Assembly: GCF_036588685.1 (NCBI RefSeq)
Contig: NC_086380.1
Span: forward strand, 64,790,001-64,854,000
Source of the DNA: Mytilus trossulus
Lineage: Eukaryota
Reading direction: 5' to 3'
Length of the DNA: 64,000 nucleotides
Each line of letters starts with the position of its first letter. The first letter of the stretch is position 1. Below the pieces are notes generated by a model. The model made no database searches, was not told the DNA's origin, and saw only the letters and a list, made by a program, of their open reading frames with translations. This document shows, one piece after another, positions 1-14,084 of the stretch. A program made the translations under genes and the position numbers.

Positions 1-3000
1 TAATTCTAGAACAGTAAGTGATGCCCCCAAAATTCAATCTAGATCTGTTTTTCGTGGTTTTAAACCTTGCATATAAGTTTCATAACATTTGGCAAACCTA
101 TGACATTGGGAACAAAACAAAAATTTAGCAATTTTTCTATTTGCAAACAGACATACCTTCATTACTTTTTAGTAATAATTGTTATGAATAAGGTTCATAA
201 CATTTAATTGCAGCCAACTAAAGTGAGTGAACAGAAACAAAAAATCAGCATTTTTTCATTTGTAAAGGGGTATAAATCTAGAACTATTCAACTGATGGGA
301 AGTGTTCAACCTCTATTGAGTTTTGTGATAAGCAAAATGCATAAGTATCATAACATTTGGATGTAAAGAAATAATCAAGTATGGGTTTTGCTCATTGCTG
401 AAGTCAATACATGGCCCATAGTATTTAATTTCTGTGTCTTTTGGTCTGTTGTATAGAGTTGTCTCATTTGCAATCATTCCACATCTTCTTAGTTATATTT
501 ATAAGGCTTATGTCACTCAGTCTAGATTAATAAAAGCAACTGAAAGGAAACTTAATAAACAGCTGTGTGGGGCTATTGCATGATTCATTTGTATTTTGCA
601 TAACAAGTTTTGGTACAACATGTCCATTTCAACAAATACAAAAGCAATTGTTCTCTGTGTAATTTATTCACTGGGATCTTTATTTTTCTTCTAAATATAT
701 ATCACTCATTCATTAACGTATGTGTCGTTCCCAAATCTAAATTCAAACTTTTACTAGTAAACTATAAAAAAGTTTCAAATTCAACAAGAGGGGGTGGAGC
801 TATATAATCTCCATAAAAATGATACTTGCAAATGCAAATAAATTTGCATACCAAATTTCATTGACTTAACATTAGCAGTTCCGAACATCCTAAAATGATC
901 TTATCACAAACTAATACATGAAAACTTGGGTGAAACACTTTTCAACCTATAATGTATAATGATGTAGCAGTTCAGTTTAAAATCATTATGAGATATAATT
1001 TTTAAAACTATAAAACCTAAAAATTGTTCAATCTTTTCCCTAATTAACTGACCAGGGTATAAAATGTTTTTTTTAACAGAAATCGTATAATAACAAGATT
1101 TAATTGGTTATGTAAACTCACCAATGAAATTGAATGTCTTCTTCATCATTTAATGAAATTGGCATTAAACATGTCACAGGTGGGGGGCATATGAATTAAT
1201 ATATTCGTTTATTCCTGTGTCCTTATTTTGGAACACCTGTCATCACAAATTTGTGTAATACATATAATCCTATGTGTCAATTATTTACTTTAATTATTGT
1301 GTAAACAAAATTCTTACTGATACATGTACATAAATGTGCAATGTGCATAAGTTAATATAACATACATAAAAATAAAGAACACAAGTACTGGGAGGAGGGG
1401 GCTAAAGATGGACAATTTAATGTTTGTCTCTGAAAAATACATAGAGGAAAAAATACTTTGTCTTTCACTTTCAAAACATGTAAAATCATACTTTGGATGG
1501 GTTTTCAAACTCTGTTATGGCATAGTCATACACATTTTAAAATAAAACACATGAGGTTCTGAGGGTGTTTTTTTTTTCAATTCTCGACTATTTAAATGTT
1601 TATTTATTTATATATAAATTTTGATTTAAAAAAAATTCATGATTCAGAATAAACTATTATCATCAGAAAGTGCATCATAAGCCGGCTGATTAAATGCATT
1701 TATTTGTATATTCAGGTTGCACTATAACATGTATAATAAATTTCTTCTATATATTAATTTATGCCATGTTTCTTTATTTTTTTATACTTTAACTCCCCAT
1801 TATTCTCTATTCATTTTATTAAAGCTCCTAATTTTTTTTCTATTCTTCATTCTTTAGCACCCCATTATTCTTTATAATTTTTGATATTTTTTCCCTGTTA
1901 ACATTGTTTATATTTTTGGCCATTATTATCTATTTTGTTAACCCATATAGACCATCCATCTTAAATTATTTACAACTAATTTTTCCCTCATACTATTTTC
2001 AATAACTCAAAACAGAAAAGTCACACTTCATTTTTCACACTAAGAAATATGTCAGAACATGCAGGACATGAATTCTCAGATCTGTTCTCAGAATATAGAA
2101 TAATGGACATGAAATTTAAAACAAAGAGAGAACAGAACAACAGATAAATACATAGACATTATATGTATAAAGAAAAGGTTACCCCTGTACATGTTGTTTT
2201 TATAATTTGAGAATTGACTCTTCAGCTTCACACAAATAATCACTCTAGTGAAACTGATCCTTTAGAAACTAATAGTAAGTAGTAGTGTAAACAATAATAG
2301 TTTTGTCAGGTACAAATCAGACTGCAAAATTAGTACACAAAAAAAAAGTGTGTGATTTCAAATTGTTGAAGTATTGTACAAATAAGAAATGTCTCTTTAT
2401 ACCAGCATTGTGTATACAGCCTTTGCTTATAAACTAGAGAAGTAGAAAGGGAGACTGCAATTTTACTCTTCAATTTTTGGAGAAACCCATTTACTCTTTT
2501 ATGCATAAATCTATACTTTGTAAATAAGTAGTGTAGGTACATAAGGGGGAAATTTTCATCATGTATGGATACTTTTTATAATATACCTACAGGCAGCTCT
2601 AATTAATTATGGTTATATATAGTTTCATTTTAATACATATTCTAATATTGATTTGTCTTCTGAAAACAAGTTCATTTTAAGTTGACTTTCAGTAGCATGA
2701 ATGTTAAACATAAACTATTCTGTTAGACATTATAATAGCTATATTTAAATTCAGCCTTCTCAATATGCATGTATATATGTATTAAACTAAATCATTTAAT
2801 AATTCAACGTCAACTTTACATTTCAAATACTCAAATTTACTGTAGCTTATTAATACTTGATTTAGAAAGATTTTTTTGTCTTTCTTTTTCTGATATATAT
2901 AGTAGATGCATAAAATCAAGATCATATTTTTTTATATCTGATTATTGATATCAATCGTTACAATGTATATAATTACTGTTACAATTTAAGATTAAATTCT

Positions 3001-4965
3001 AAATTACAAAATAAATATTTAATCAGATGAAGTTTACTTTTTCTTGCCGGTTATGAACAAAAAGTCAAATTCATCATTTTGTTTTTGTTGAAATACCCAG
3101 GATTAGTGCAGATTTTAAATGTCATCAAATCATGAGGGTTTGGATGGGTGTTCTTTGATTCTCTATTCTTTGATTTAAAAAGGTTATTTCAGTTATCTAT
3201 TCTATATACTTTTGTTGGATAAGAATCTCTATTGTTCATATTCAGGCACCTAATTTTTTTCTCTTATTTATCTTTAGGGTCTATTTTGTCTAATCTTTCA
3301 GGGGCGGATCCAGCCATTTCAAAAAGGGGGAGTACCAACCCCCTCCACACCTTCAATGATATTTTTTTAGTTCAAATATCAATGTAAGAATAAGGATATG
3401 TGACATGATAACCAATGAAACAACTATCCACCATAGTTGAAATGAAGCAGAATTTTGTAAGCCTGGCAACAATACAGTCTTCAACAATAGGAAAATCCCA
3501 TACTATATACAACATTTTAAGTCATCTATTAATCATTTTAAAGGCCCTGACATTTACAGTGAAACAATTCAAAAAATAAATCTAAAATCCTAGTTTACAA
3601 CAAAATAATTTCCAGAAGCAAATATGGCAGCTAGATTAGAAGCGGCTTGATCCTTACCAGATAGGCACATTACAATTTAATGCATTAATTGTCTGAATTT
3701 ACTATTAAAACTTTGCGTTCAAATAAGTGGATGCAATGCAAGTTATTATAGGATACCATGCCACCTTCTACAATAAAATAATAAATTGTATGGGGGGGGG
3801 GGGGCTTTAAAGGCCCCCCTGACCCCCAAAAGAAAAATATAAAACAATTTAATTCAGAATTTAACTATTTATAACAAATCAATTTATATGAAAGTCCCAT
3901 TTCTGTTTAATTCCTACACATCTAAGATCATCACGATCCAATTCTCTTGAGCCCGTTATTCTCTACTCTTTATTTTTTTATAAGGAGAAATAACATATAT
4001 CTTTTCCTATTCTTAATATTGACAATTATTCTGCACATGCCCATTATTCTCTATTTTTCAAATCTTTTCAATGCCACCAAAAACTTGCATTTGGTGCTGT
4101 ACATTATATGTAATTGCAACTCAATTATAATATACTTGTTTCTAGGTCTTGAAATTAATGCATGTGTGTTTCATGCAGAAAACATAGGAAGTAAAATGAA
4201 ATAAATATTACTTCCATGATAAAACATGTAAAAAACTTTGCAATCCTTGTACACGAATGAAGCTGAAATTTCTGTGCGAATTTTAACTACATTGTTTTAA
4301 AACATGCTTTTATGTTATGCATTGTAACAATATTATAGTTACTGGCAAGAAATACAAAATGAAAGCCAGGGTACTATACGGTAAAAAGAAAGGTACAACG
4401 ACAAAGGTTAGAAAGAAATATCAATGCAAACTGTTCATCTGTTTAGGCAGCGGTTTGAAGTTTATTTGCCGGTATATTACTGTTGTGTAAATCGGAGTCA
4501 AGCTGTCCAATTGAACGTTATATTTAATAAGAAGGAAAAAGATGCAAACATAATAATAAATATTATAATGATACACTTTGTATAATTGACTGCGTCGTTT
4601 GACGACTTGCTTTTAGAGATCGACTAAGGTGTCTTCATCGAGGTCCGCGTTTGTCACATACTTCTATTCCAAAGTTCGTTTTACATACAAATTTTAAATA
4701 TACAGGTATCCGTCCGATCCGTGCATAAAATTAAAGAACGGACTGATCGATGACCGTTGTCACGGTAACTCTCACATAGCTTATTTGACGTATCTGACGG
4801 ATCCTATGGGTCACCGATCACCGATCAGTCATCGATCAGTCAAACATCCGTCACCGATCATTCACCGATCAGTCCAGTTCACGTCAAACAGTAACGCCTA
4901 AGGTTGCAAGTACTGTATAAAGTAAAAACACTCTTAGTATTATTTGTATTCGTATTTTGTATAAA

Positions 4966-5189
4966 TATATAAAAAAATTATTAAAAAATAATAACGGTTT
5001 CAATTCATCACTTTTACTAGTACTTTCACTGCTTTCACGGAATTCGAACAATATAGGAATCTACTAACATATGTATTGGCATGATAATATTCGGGATTCG
5101 AACAATTGAGGAGATCTGTGAAAGCAGTGAAAGTACTAGTAAAGGTGATGAATTAAAACCGTTGTTATCTTTTAATAATTTTCTTATAT
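4966..5189. repeat. Foldback/MITE-like element with ~70-bp inverted arms
   Basis: 4966-5038 (…TTTACTAGTACTTTCACTGCTTTCAC) is the reverse complement of 5118-5189 (GTGAAAGCAGTGAAAGTACTAGTAAA…). Confidence 0.8.
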
Positions 5190-5249
5190 GTTACCAGCAT
5201 ACGGACTTTACTTGTCTTTTTCTAATAAATATATATGTATATATATATA

Positions 5250-5415
5250 CAACTCGTCTAAACGTCAACCCAACAATGTTAGATCTGTAAATTTGCTTTC
5301 GCAAATTTTTGGTTCTTCCCTCGCCGGGATTTGAACCCATGCTACTGTGATATCGTGACACCAAATCGACTGCACTGCAGCCGTCCCGCTAGACCACACA
5401 ACCACCTGGGCTCTC
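5250..5415 (-). mobile_element. tRNA-derived SINE embedded in (TA)n microsatellite
   Basis: Minus strand starts GAGAGCCCAGGTGGTTGTGTGGTCTAGC (A-box-like), has a long variable region and B-box GGTTCAAATCC, then a non-tRNA tail. TA repeats on both sides. Confidence 0.75.
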
Positions 5416-6353
5416 AATATATATATATATGTACTTTTTTTAAATCGATGTAATCGGGGGTGTGCAGATTTTTTATTGGATTTCAAACACAGTGTTAGAT
5501 TAAAAACGCCTCATTACACCAAGATAACTAATAATATCTATATATTTTATTCGTTACGTTATATTTATCGCTGTTAAATACTTAACTCGTACCTGATTCT
5601 GTTTAATTTCTACCAGTTTACGTAAAGCACCATTTCTTTACGGAGTACGATATTAATATCAGTCAAACACATGCTTCTAGATTGAAAAATGAAAATTATT
5701 CAACATAAATGTTTCACACAGTTCTGAGTAATATAAATGATTGTTGTCAAAACGTTAACAGTCGTCATTAGAAAATATTTGAGGTTGTTATCTTCAAGTT
5801 TTCAAAAATTTATACTACTGAATAGACTCATCATAGACTGAAAATTCTACACTGACAAATAGCAGATTGTTCGAACAGGTTTACAATTTCACAGTATTGG
5901 CTATACGTTTTGTCCTTTTCGGTATTATAAATATTTATTTAGCAATTTGAATAAATCATAGTAGTAATTTGTACTTGACGTGACTATTCGAAGCACAATT
6001 TCCAATCATTTTGTTACCATTCCTCTGTTAGATTTTTAACTGTTAAACCTTATTATACTTTAATATTAAACTTGTATGTGCTCTATAATATATAAAAAAT
6101 CTTACCTAAATTGACAGAAAAATTCCATTATTCAACTTTCACTTTCAGTAATGGTAATGAAACATTTCCAGGAAATACATTAACATAAGTATTGATCGAT
6201 TTATAAAAAAAATTAGATATATACTGATAATTTTATAGATTTGCCACACACATATGGGTTATCTTTCATAGACTGAGATTGGAGGTTTGAAAATGTCAAT
6301 GAATCTGGATAAAAGAATATAAATAATAATTTCTAAAGACGTTTTCGATATTC

Positions 6354-6479
6354 GACTATGCGGTATGGGCTTTGCCCGTTGTTGAAGGCCGTACGGGGAC
6401 CTATAATTAAAAAATTCTGTGTCATTTTGTTCTATTGAGGAGAGTTGTCTAAATGGCAACAATAACACATCTTCTTTTT
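6354..6479 (-). repeat. Family A repeat fragment
   Basis: GCGGTATGGGCTTTGC...GAAGGCCGTACGG...ACATCTTCTTTT. Confidence 0.7.
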
Positions 6480-7319
6480 AATATTGAATGTTTCCAGTAA
6501 AAATAATGAGCAGAATTCGGGATAAGAAAAAAAAATGGACTTCATACCCCCTCGGTCTAAATGTAAATATGAGTGGACTGAGGTCCATATCTAAAATTTC
6601 CTCTGTTAATATAAAACAATATGACAAAAGACAGCGTTAAGGTCTCCTAAAAAAAACCCATATCAACCTACATCACGGAAAATATTATTTACACCTCACG
6701 ATCTAACTTGATTATCTATCTTTAATTTTATCGAATTTGGTTGAATACCAATTAGAAACCTAGTACATGATATTTTCAAGGAATATGGTTTCTTTTCTTC
6801 AGTGGATCTATGATTTTAAAGGTATACCTTCAGATTTTATCTCTATGGACTGTTCTCGCATGTCGATAAAGCTGAAGAGCATAAACGCGTTTTCGTAAAT
6901 TAAATATATTTACAAAGGTATTGAATTCATCAAATTAATTCATACATTTTTTTACTGTACTATTCGGAACCTGATGCATGAACCTGCCTTTTTTCAACCT
7001 AAATTTTGCAAACGTTGTGTGGTGTTTGTTATTGTTTGCTAAACGTTTCAAAAGAAAGTAACAAATACATCGTTTAGTCAGTGATTGAACTTTCAATAAT
7101 ACATGTTGGTAAACAGACTTATTCCGCCGTTATAGTTGAATGCGGTTCCATCAACCAACATAGTAACAAATCTCGTGATTTTACACCGTTTTTTTTATTT
7201 CATAGGTATGAGAGTTTGTTGCCTATTATTACGATTATTACGGTCAATGTTTCTCGGAATTTTTTGCTTATACTGTTTATGCATTCGTCCCTTTTCAAAA
7301 GTCTCCCAACTATTGTCGT

Positions 7320-7480
7320 GATTCAGCAAAATATTTTTATATATATTTTTGTTACGTTTATATGATATGATTGGAACTAGGGCGAACATTTCATTGCAGA
7401 GTTTGTCGTCTTGCAGATTGTTCCAATGTTTCCTTATATTTTTAATAAGATTCAAGGTTGAGGTTAGATACAAATGTAGC
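7320..7480 (-). pseudogene. Possible decayed Penelope-like RT/GIY-YIG linker fragment
   Basis: Peptide IRKHWNNLQDDKLCNEMFALVPIISYKRNKNIYKNIL resembles the 'KHW..L..D......F...P.iaY.R..Nl..iL' linker of PLE proteins. Flanking frames are broken. Confidence 0.4.
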
Positions 7481-8909
7481 GTTTGTACTAACAAACGTAA
7501 AAGGACAAACTGTAGACGCATTTTTAGCAAGTGCATAGTTTGTCAAAGCTATGTAAACTTTGCAAATGTATGTAAGAAATAAATGATCCAAACATCTGCG
7601 CTCTTAACCTTTTGCATCGTTTCTGTTACAAAGAAATGCACTCAGAATAATATTTAAAATTAACAGTACAAGAAATAAAATGTACGGGTCAAAAACCAGA
7701 GTAAGAGTGTTCGAATAACACATTATTACTAATAGAATTAGCCCCACCACATTCTATATTTGCCTGTTTCTAAGTCAGGAGCCTGTTATTCAATGGTTGT
7801 CGTTTATTACATTGTAACAAATTTGTTTTCGTTTATTATTTTGTTCAAAAATTACTTTGGGTTCATCAATTTACATGGATACTAATTTTCGTGGATAGAG
7901 AATAATTTGCATTTTGAGTGAAATTTTCGTGTATATACCACATTCTGCAAACACCCATGCACGATGCTAATTCCTGGGAACACAACATATTTGTTTTGAG
8001 GAAGTACATATGCTTTTGTAATGTTTTCAAACATTGAAGTTGCATGTGTATTCATGGACCTATCATTTTTTTTTAAATTCAGATTTATTCCAATGACCCG
8101 CCGCATTAATCTTATGTGCATTCATGTTTTTTTTCTTCTAGCTTTTAACCCATTATCTGGCATATTACTCGACTGATCTGACGTGGCTGCAGTTGTGTAC
8201 CTCCCGCACAACTAAACGGACGCCCCACCTTTACAAAGAGTTTACTGCTGGTTGAAGGAAGACAAATGATGACCATACTTTCATTTCCCAGTAACCATTG
8301 AGGATAAGACATAACATGACTACTGATTACGTTCCTGACCCGTAACAGGCTCATAATTGTGTGGCAGAGTTATACTATATATGTTTTAATCGTAACCCTC
8401 CAATTTGAGATCATCTGGATTAGTGAACGAAAATGGTACATGATTTTAATTTCAAATTTAAACAAGCGTTCTTATTTTGCTGTCGCGTGTTTTAATTCAA
8501 AAAGCTACATGAAATGTATTTATCTTTTTGTTTTACAATTTTAGGAATTTCTTTTGTAATGTCAATTATTGATGAAATTAAGTTGAAATTGACCCTTATG
8601 TTCCACTGATTTTTAAGCGGTTGAGAAATTAACATATCTCCAAACAATTTACAGATGTTCCATTATCTGGTCTTGCAAAAAAAGGTTGTTTTATATACAG
8701 CCTGTAGTATAATGTTATGTATTATCTTCTTTTGACGCTTATAGAATGTGCATATGCACAATTTTTTCCATTTCCTGTCCTAGTTTATTACCTAAACATT
8801 ATTTTACTACCTCATAAAATATCAAAATGTCATGTTGTATTTAATCAATTTAAACGCCAAAAACTAATTATATCTCACAAAGAGAATTAAAATAAAGTCA
8901 TTGCAATAC

Positions 8910-9101
8910 GTATTTGAAATATATCGGGGTTTGTTAAAAGAAGAACATAATATTTGAACTAGCATACGTGTACAATGTCACTAGATTTATAAATTTAGAA
9001 TAGGTATTTAAAATATATAGGGTTTTGTTTTAAAGAAGAACATTATATTTGAACTTAACTTAACGTACGTGTACAATGCCACAAGATTTATAATTTAGAA
9101 A
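8910..9101. repeat. Tandem duplication, 2 x ~95 bp
   Basis: GTATTT.AAATATAT.GGG...AAAGAAGAACAT.ATATTTGAACT...TACGTGTACAATG.CAC.AGATTTATAA occurs twice. Confidence 0.75.
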
Positions 9102-12100
9102 TTGATAAAATAATAATAGATAATATCGTTGAGAAATGTTTTGCAAGGGATGGCCAAATTTATAAAACACGGAAAAATATACATTACATGTACACCATTA
9201 ATTTTGATATCTTTTGTATATCAGATTAAACTTTCAATAGCAAACTCAGAGTTTAGTGGACATTAAATTGTAAAAGGATTGTTCGAATACAAACATTAGA
9301 TACGTAAAATCAATATCCTGACGGTTTTATGACATAGTAAATATTTAGAACAAAAAAAAATTAAAAAAAATAATAGTGTATTTTTAATCAAGAATGGTAT
9401 CAGAGTTCTGATGCAAATTTCTTTAATTGGAATAATTTATAACTTAATGAAAAAACTAATGTTAAAATATAATAAAACGCCTTAGAGCTAAAGTCAAACA
9501 ACTTGAAATTGATATTGACAATTTGATATAATTCGTCCGATATAGTTCAACATCAATCTGTTCCTAATAAAAAAAAAATGATTAAACAATCTCGAAATGA
9601 ATCCTATATCACCAAAAAATTATAAACGAAAAACGAAAAGAAGAATTTGCTTATATACTACTGGGAACTATTTGATAAATGGTCATTCAAAACTTGAAAG
9701 ATACTCCTTGAATTAAAGTGAAATGCAACAATAGTTTTCGATTTCATTAATCGAATAAGACGATCATATTATTCATGAACTGAATAAGTGTCTCATGATA
9801 TGCAGGTTTAACCTGCCACGCCAATCCATAACCATTTAAAATAAACAATTTGGAATAGAAAAACATTGGTATAAATACATACCAGATGGCAATTGACTTA
9901 ACTTAAGATTAACACCGCGAAACACGTACAAAATGAGATAGGAAACATACTCATTGTATATCCGAGGCAACTATGCGATATTGGCCGAAAAAATACTTGG
10001 TTTAAATTATACGTCATCTTTTTTTTATACTATGTAATTTCATAGTTAAAATAGTCAAACAAAAAAAAACTTTTGAGGAATATGGCCCGCTTAACATTGA
10101 AAAAATAAATTAATTAAGTCAAAATGTTCATTGACGTGTCTTGCATTGTTAAAACAACAACTGACAATTGTTTGACTAATTGTGTATGCTTGATGTTATT
10201 TATGATTTATTATTTATCAATTTCGGTAAATATGAATTCATAATTTGATTTCTATTTCTTACCTTTTTTATGCATTTAAATTGATTTTATATCGACTTCT
10301 TACAAGCAACATCAACATTAGAAAATTTGCTTCATCGCTGGCGTATGTTTTGAAGTTTTATGTTCCCTTTACAATGTTCTGTGTTCACTCATATTAATAG
10401 TAAATTCTCAATTTGTCCATACTTTCCATAGCATTGTATGTGCTAGTAATCGTTAACGGTACGTAATTATCTTACCTAGTCATTGATATTTTTAAAAAAT
10501 AAAAAGGTCATGTTTATTTAAATAATATATATTTACGTGGATTTTAACTCACAAGTAGATTATTTGTTGGCACATGCAAAGGTATGCCCGTACTTTTTAA
10601 AAACCTTTTTTTTTTTAAATAGGTCAATAAATTACGAAACCAAGCAATGTTTCCCTACCGGTTTATGTAACTTGAGGGATGATAACGAATTTAATCAATG
10701 TCTTTAATGGATTGGTTTACTTGTTAACCTAGATACGGTATGTGTAAATTAAAATGTTCAAGATACCATTAATAAATGATTATAATCATTTTTTATTTTG
10801 TTAAGAATTATATAAATTAACAAGAATAAATAGAATAAAAAATACAATTGTTCAGAGAACGATAGAAGGTCTTTTCAAATCAATTTTATAAATAATTAAT
10901 GAGAAGGCATTTCAGTATACTACAAAATATTTTTGGCGTCCACGCATAGGTTTCTTCATACTGATTCATTAGATAAATGTTCCATTATATCTTTGCCTGT
11001 TATAAGGGAGATAATTGTCAATTCCCTGTAAAAAATGTCACTAAATAGCTTTTTTTTTAACCCTGATTGCCAAAGTATATGGTATTTATATACTGTTGCC
11101 TGTAATATGACAGATCTTGATGTTGAGATCTTAATAAACATGTTTAACCCCGCCTCATTATTGCGCCTGTCCCAAGTCAAGACCCTCTAGCCTTTGTTTC
11201 TCTTGTATGATTTTAAATTTCGGTTTCTTTTGTATATTTTAGAGATTAGTATGACGTCCAGTATCACTGAACAAGTATACATATTTGTTTAGAGGCAAGC
11301 TGAAGCAAGCCTCCTCGCTGCTTTGAAGACCCATTGGTAGACTTCGGCTGCTGTCTGCTCTTTGGTTTGGTTGTTGTTTTATTTGACAAATTTCCATTTA
11401 CATCTTTATTACGTTTACATATTTGAAAAATATTTAGTTTTTTGGTACTTTTTCTATGAAATAAGTACTAAATATATACTCCCGGTTTACTCAAGGTCAC
11501 TTCCTTATTGAAAGGTCACATGGCAACCAACACTTTGGACACTTTTGCTCTTTCAAGTACCGAGGTGGGGTACTAATAGATCAACCTTAAATTAAATCAT
11601 TTCAGGTCCGATAATTCCTTAAAGATGATAATAGGACAACATTTTGCAATAGTTCTTATATTAAAAGTGACACAGAAGATATTGGAACAAGAAAAAACTC
11701 TACATTTTGAATTTGGCCTTGACCTTTGACCTTGACATAGTTTTCTATTCTTTGAACCAAGGCCATCAAATCAACAAACCATTGGTCTTTGTTACTTTTG
11801 ATTCACCAAGAGCAAATACATATCACTTATTTCAAAGTGAGCAATTTGATAAAATAAATTTATCGCTTTCTTTTATTGTTACGGATGAGATCTTATAACA
11901 AAGAAAACAGTGTTTTGGGAGATAACTGTTACAAAGAAAAGGTCTTCGACTAAACAGGTTTAATCTCAAAAGCGCAATTGCTGTTCCATATAATATGCAA
12001 AAAATCTAAGCAACAGAAATCTAGTTTTGAAATTTGTCAAAAGAATAAATAAATTAATCAGAACAAATACAACAGGTCTTCAAATAGAAAAGTGGAAAGA

Positions 12101-12340
12101 CATAAACACACTTATACACATGTATCTAATTAAACAATTGTCATTAATCCAATAACAACGTACTATTGTTCGAATGTGTTAACATTTCATTGTTTTTACT
12201 TACTTAAAACATTGAGTAAAAAACTTCACATTAACAAAAACACATTATGTGTAACAATTTTTGAAAAGAAAATTAAAAAGATAACATTTTCGGTATTATT
12301 GTCTTATATCTAAAAACAAAGGAAAAACAATTTCATTAGT

Positions 12341-13048
12341 ATAAATTGAGAATGGAATGGGGAATGGGTCAAAGAGACAACAACCCGACCAAATAAAAAA
12401 CAACAGCAGAAGGTCACCAACAGGTCTTCAATGTAGCGAGAAATTCCCGCACCCGGAGGCGTCCTTCAGCTGGCCCCTAAACAAATATATACTAGTCCAA
12501 TAATAATGAACGCCATACTAATTTCCAAATTGTACACAAGAATCTAAAATTAAAATAATACAAAACTAACAAAGGCCAGAGGCTCCTGACTTAGGACAGG
12601 CGCAAAAAAGCGGCGGGGTTAAACATATTTGTGAGATCTCAACCCTCCCCCTATACCTCTAACCAATGTAGAAAAGTAAACGCATAACAATACGCACACT
12701 AAAATTCAGTTCAAGAGAAGTCTGAGTCTGACATTGTCTGATGTCACCAAAGAAAATAAACAAAACGACAATAATACATAAATAACAACAGACTACTAAC
12801 AGTTAACTGACATGCCAGCTCCAGACTTCAATTAAACTGACTGAAAGATTATGATTTCATCATATGAACATCAGGCACAATCCTTCCCGTTAGAGGTTTA
12901 GTATCATACCATCATAACATATATGAGAAGAACATAACCCGTGTCATGCCAACAACTGTTTTTAGAATAAATGTCTTTAATTCCGATGCATAGACCTTAT
13001 CAGTGACTCAATATTAACAAAAAAAAATGCAATCTTTAATGACTTGAC
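12341..13048 (+). repeat. Interspersed repeat family B (ATAAA(A)TTGAGAATGGAAATGGGGAATGTGTCAAAGAGACAACAACCCGACC...), longest copy
   Basis: Same head recurs at 25149, ~26537, 48448 and 56145; a related minus copy lies at ~11139-11410. Confidence 0.8.
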
Positions 13049-13593
13049 ATGTACATACGCAGTATGTACGAGTACACTTTAACGTTAGACCTATGCTAGT
13101 ATGAAAACATGTACCAATAATACAAAACTCTTCACAGTTGCATAGTTAGGCCGAAGCTTGAGTTGTCATAGTGCTTTTGTACTATAACCAATTCATTGTA
13201 TTCTTGTCTTTCATTTTGCTAGTGTGTCTTGTCTATATGCCTGTTGTGTTTCTATATTACATGGGGTGGTATGTTCTAATACACCCATATGTTGTGTTTT
13301 TCTTGGCATCGTTTCTTCTTCTTAGAAACCGTAAATAAAGAATATTGGGGTAATTAATAAACTAAATATTCTATGCATAATCTATACACAATGTGACAAT
13401 TTTGCAAAGGCTGTAGCAGAAAAAGAACCCCGTTGACCCATACGGTTTTGTTTAACAAACAGTTACGCAGTAGGCTACAAAAAATGTATGTCTAGTTCGT
13501 CGGAGAAATGTTTCTAAAAGTATGAGGCGAGCGAGTGTAATTATTTTGTTTTATTTTTTTCTTAGAAATTTTGATTCATGGCGAGAGCTCTGC

Positions 13594-14084
13594 AAATAAA
13601 CTCATCATATATATCAGGACTTAATTTAGTATATACGCCAGACGCGCTCGAATCCAAAAAAGTTAAAAAGGTCAAATAAAGTACGAAGTTGAAGAGCATT
13701 GAGGACCAAAATTCCTAAAAGTTTTGCCAAATACAGCTAAGGTAATCTATGCCTGAAGTAGAAAAGCCTTAGTATTTAAAAAAAAATTAAAAATTTGTAA
13801 ACAGTAAATTTATCAATATAACCATATCAATGACAATTCATGTCAGCACAAACAGTGCTGACTAATGGGGTTGTGATACCCTCGGGGAACTAAATCTCCA
13901 CCAGCAGTGGCATCGACCCAGTGGTTGTAAATAAACTCATCATAGATATCAGGACTTAATTTAGTATATACGCCAGACGCGCGTTTCGTCTACAAAAGTC
14001 TCATCAGTGACGCTCGTATCCAAAAAAGTTAAAAAGGCCAAATAAAGTACGAAGTTGAAGAGCATTGAGGACCAAAATTCCTAA
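13594..14084 (+). repeat. Family C repeat, ~1.5 tandem units of ~335 bp
   Basis: AAATAAACTCATCATA.ATATCAGGACTTAATTTAGTATATACGCCAGACGCG at 13594 and 13929. Related copies ~14655-15145, ~53559-53632 and ~56640-56850(-). Confidence 0.75.

Noticed and set aside
5315-5415. Functional tRNA gene
   Set aside because: The acceptor stem is not convincingly paired and it continues into a SINE-like tail within TA repeats.
8145-8354. GC-richer 69-aa ORF as a host exon
   Set aside because: No convincing splice context or protein motif; more likely a decayed SINE-like repeat, which I could not confirm.
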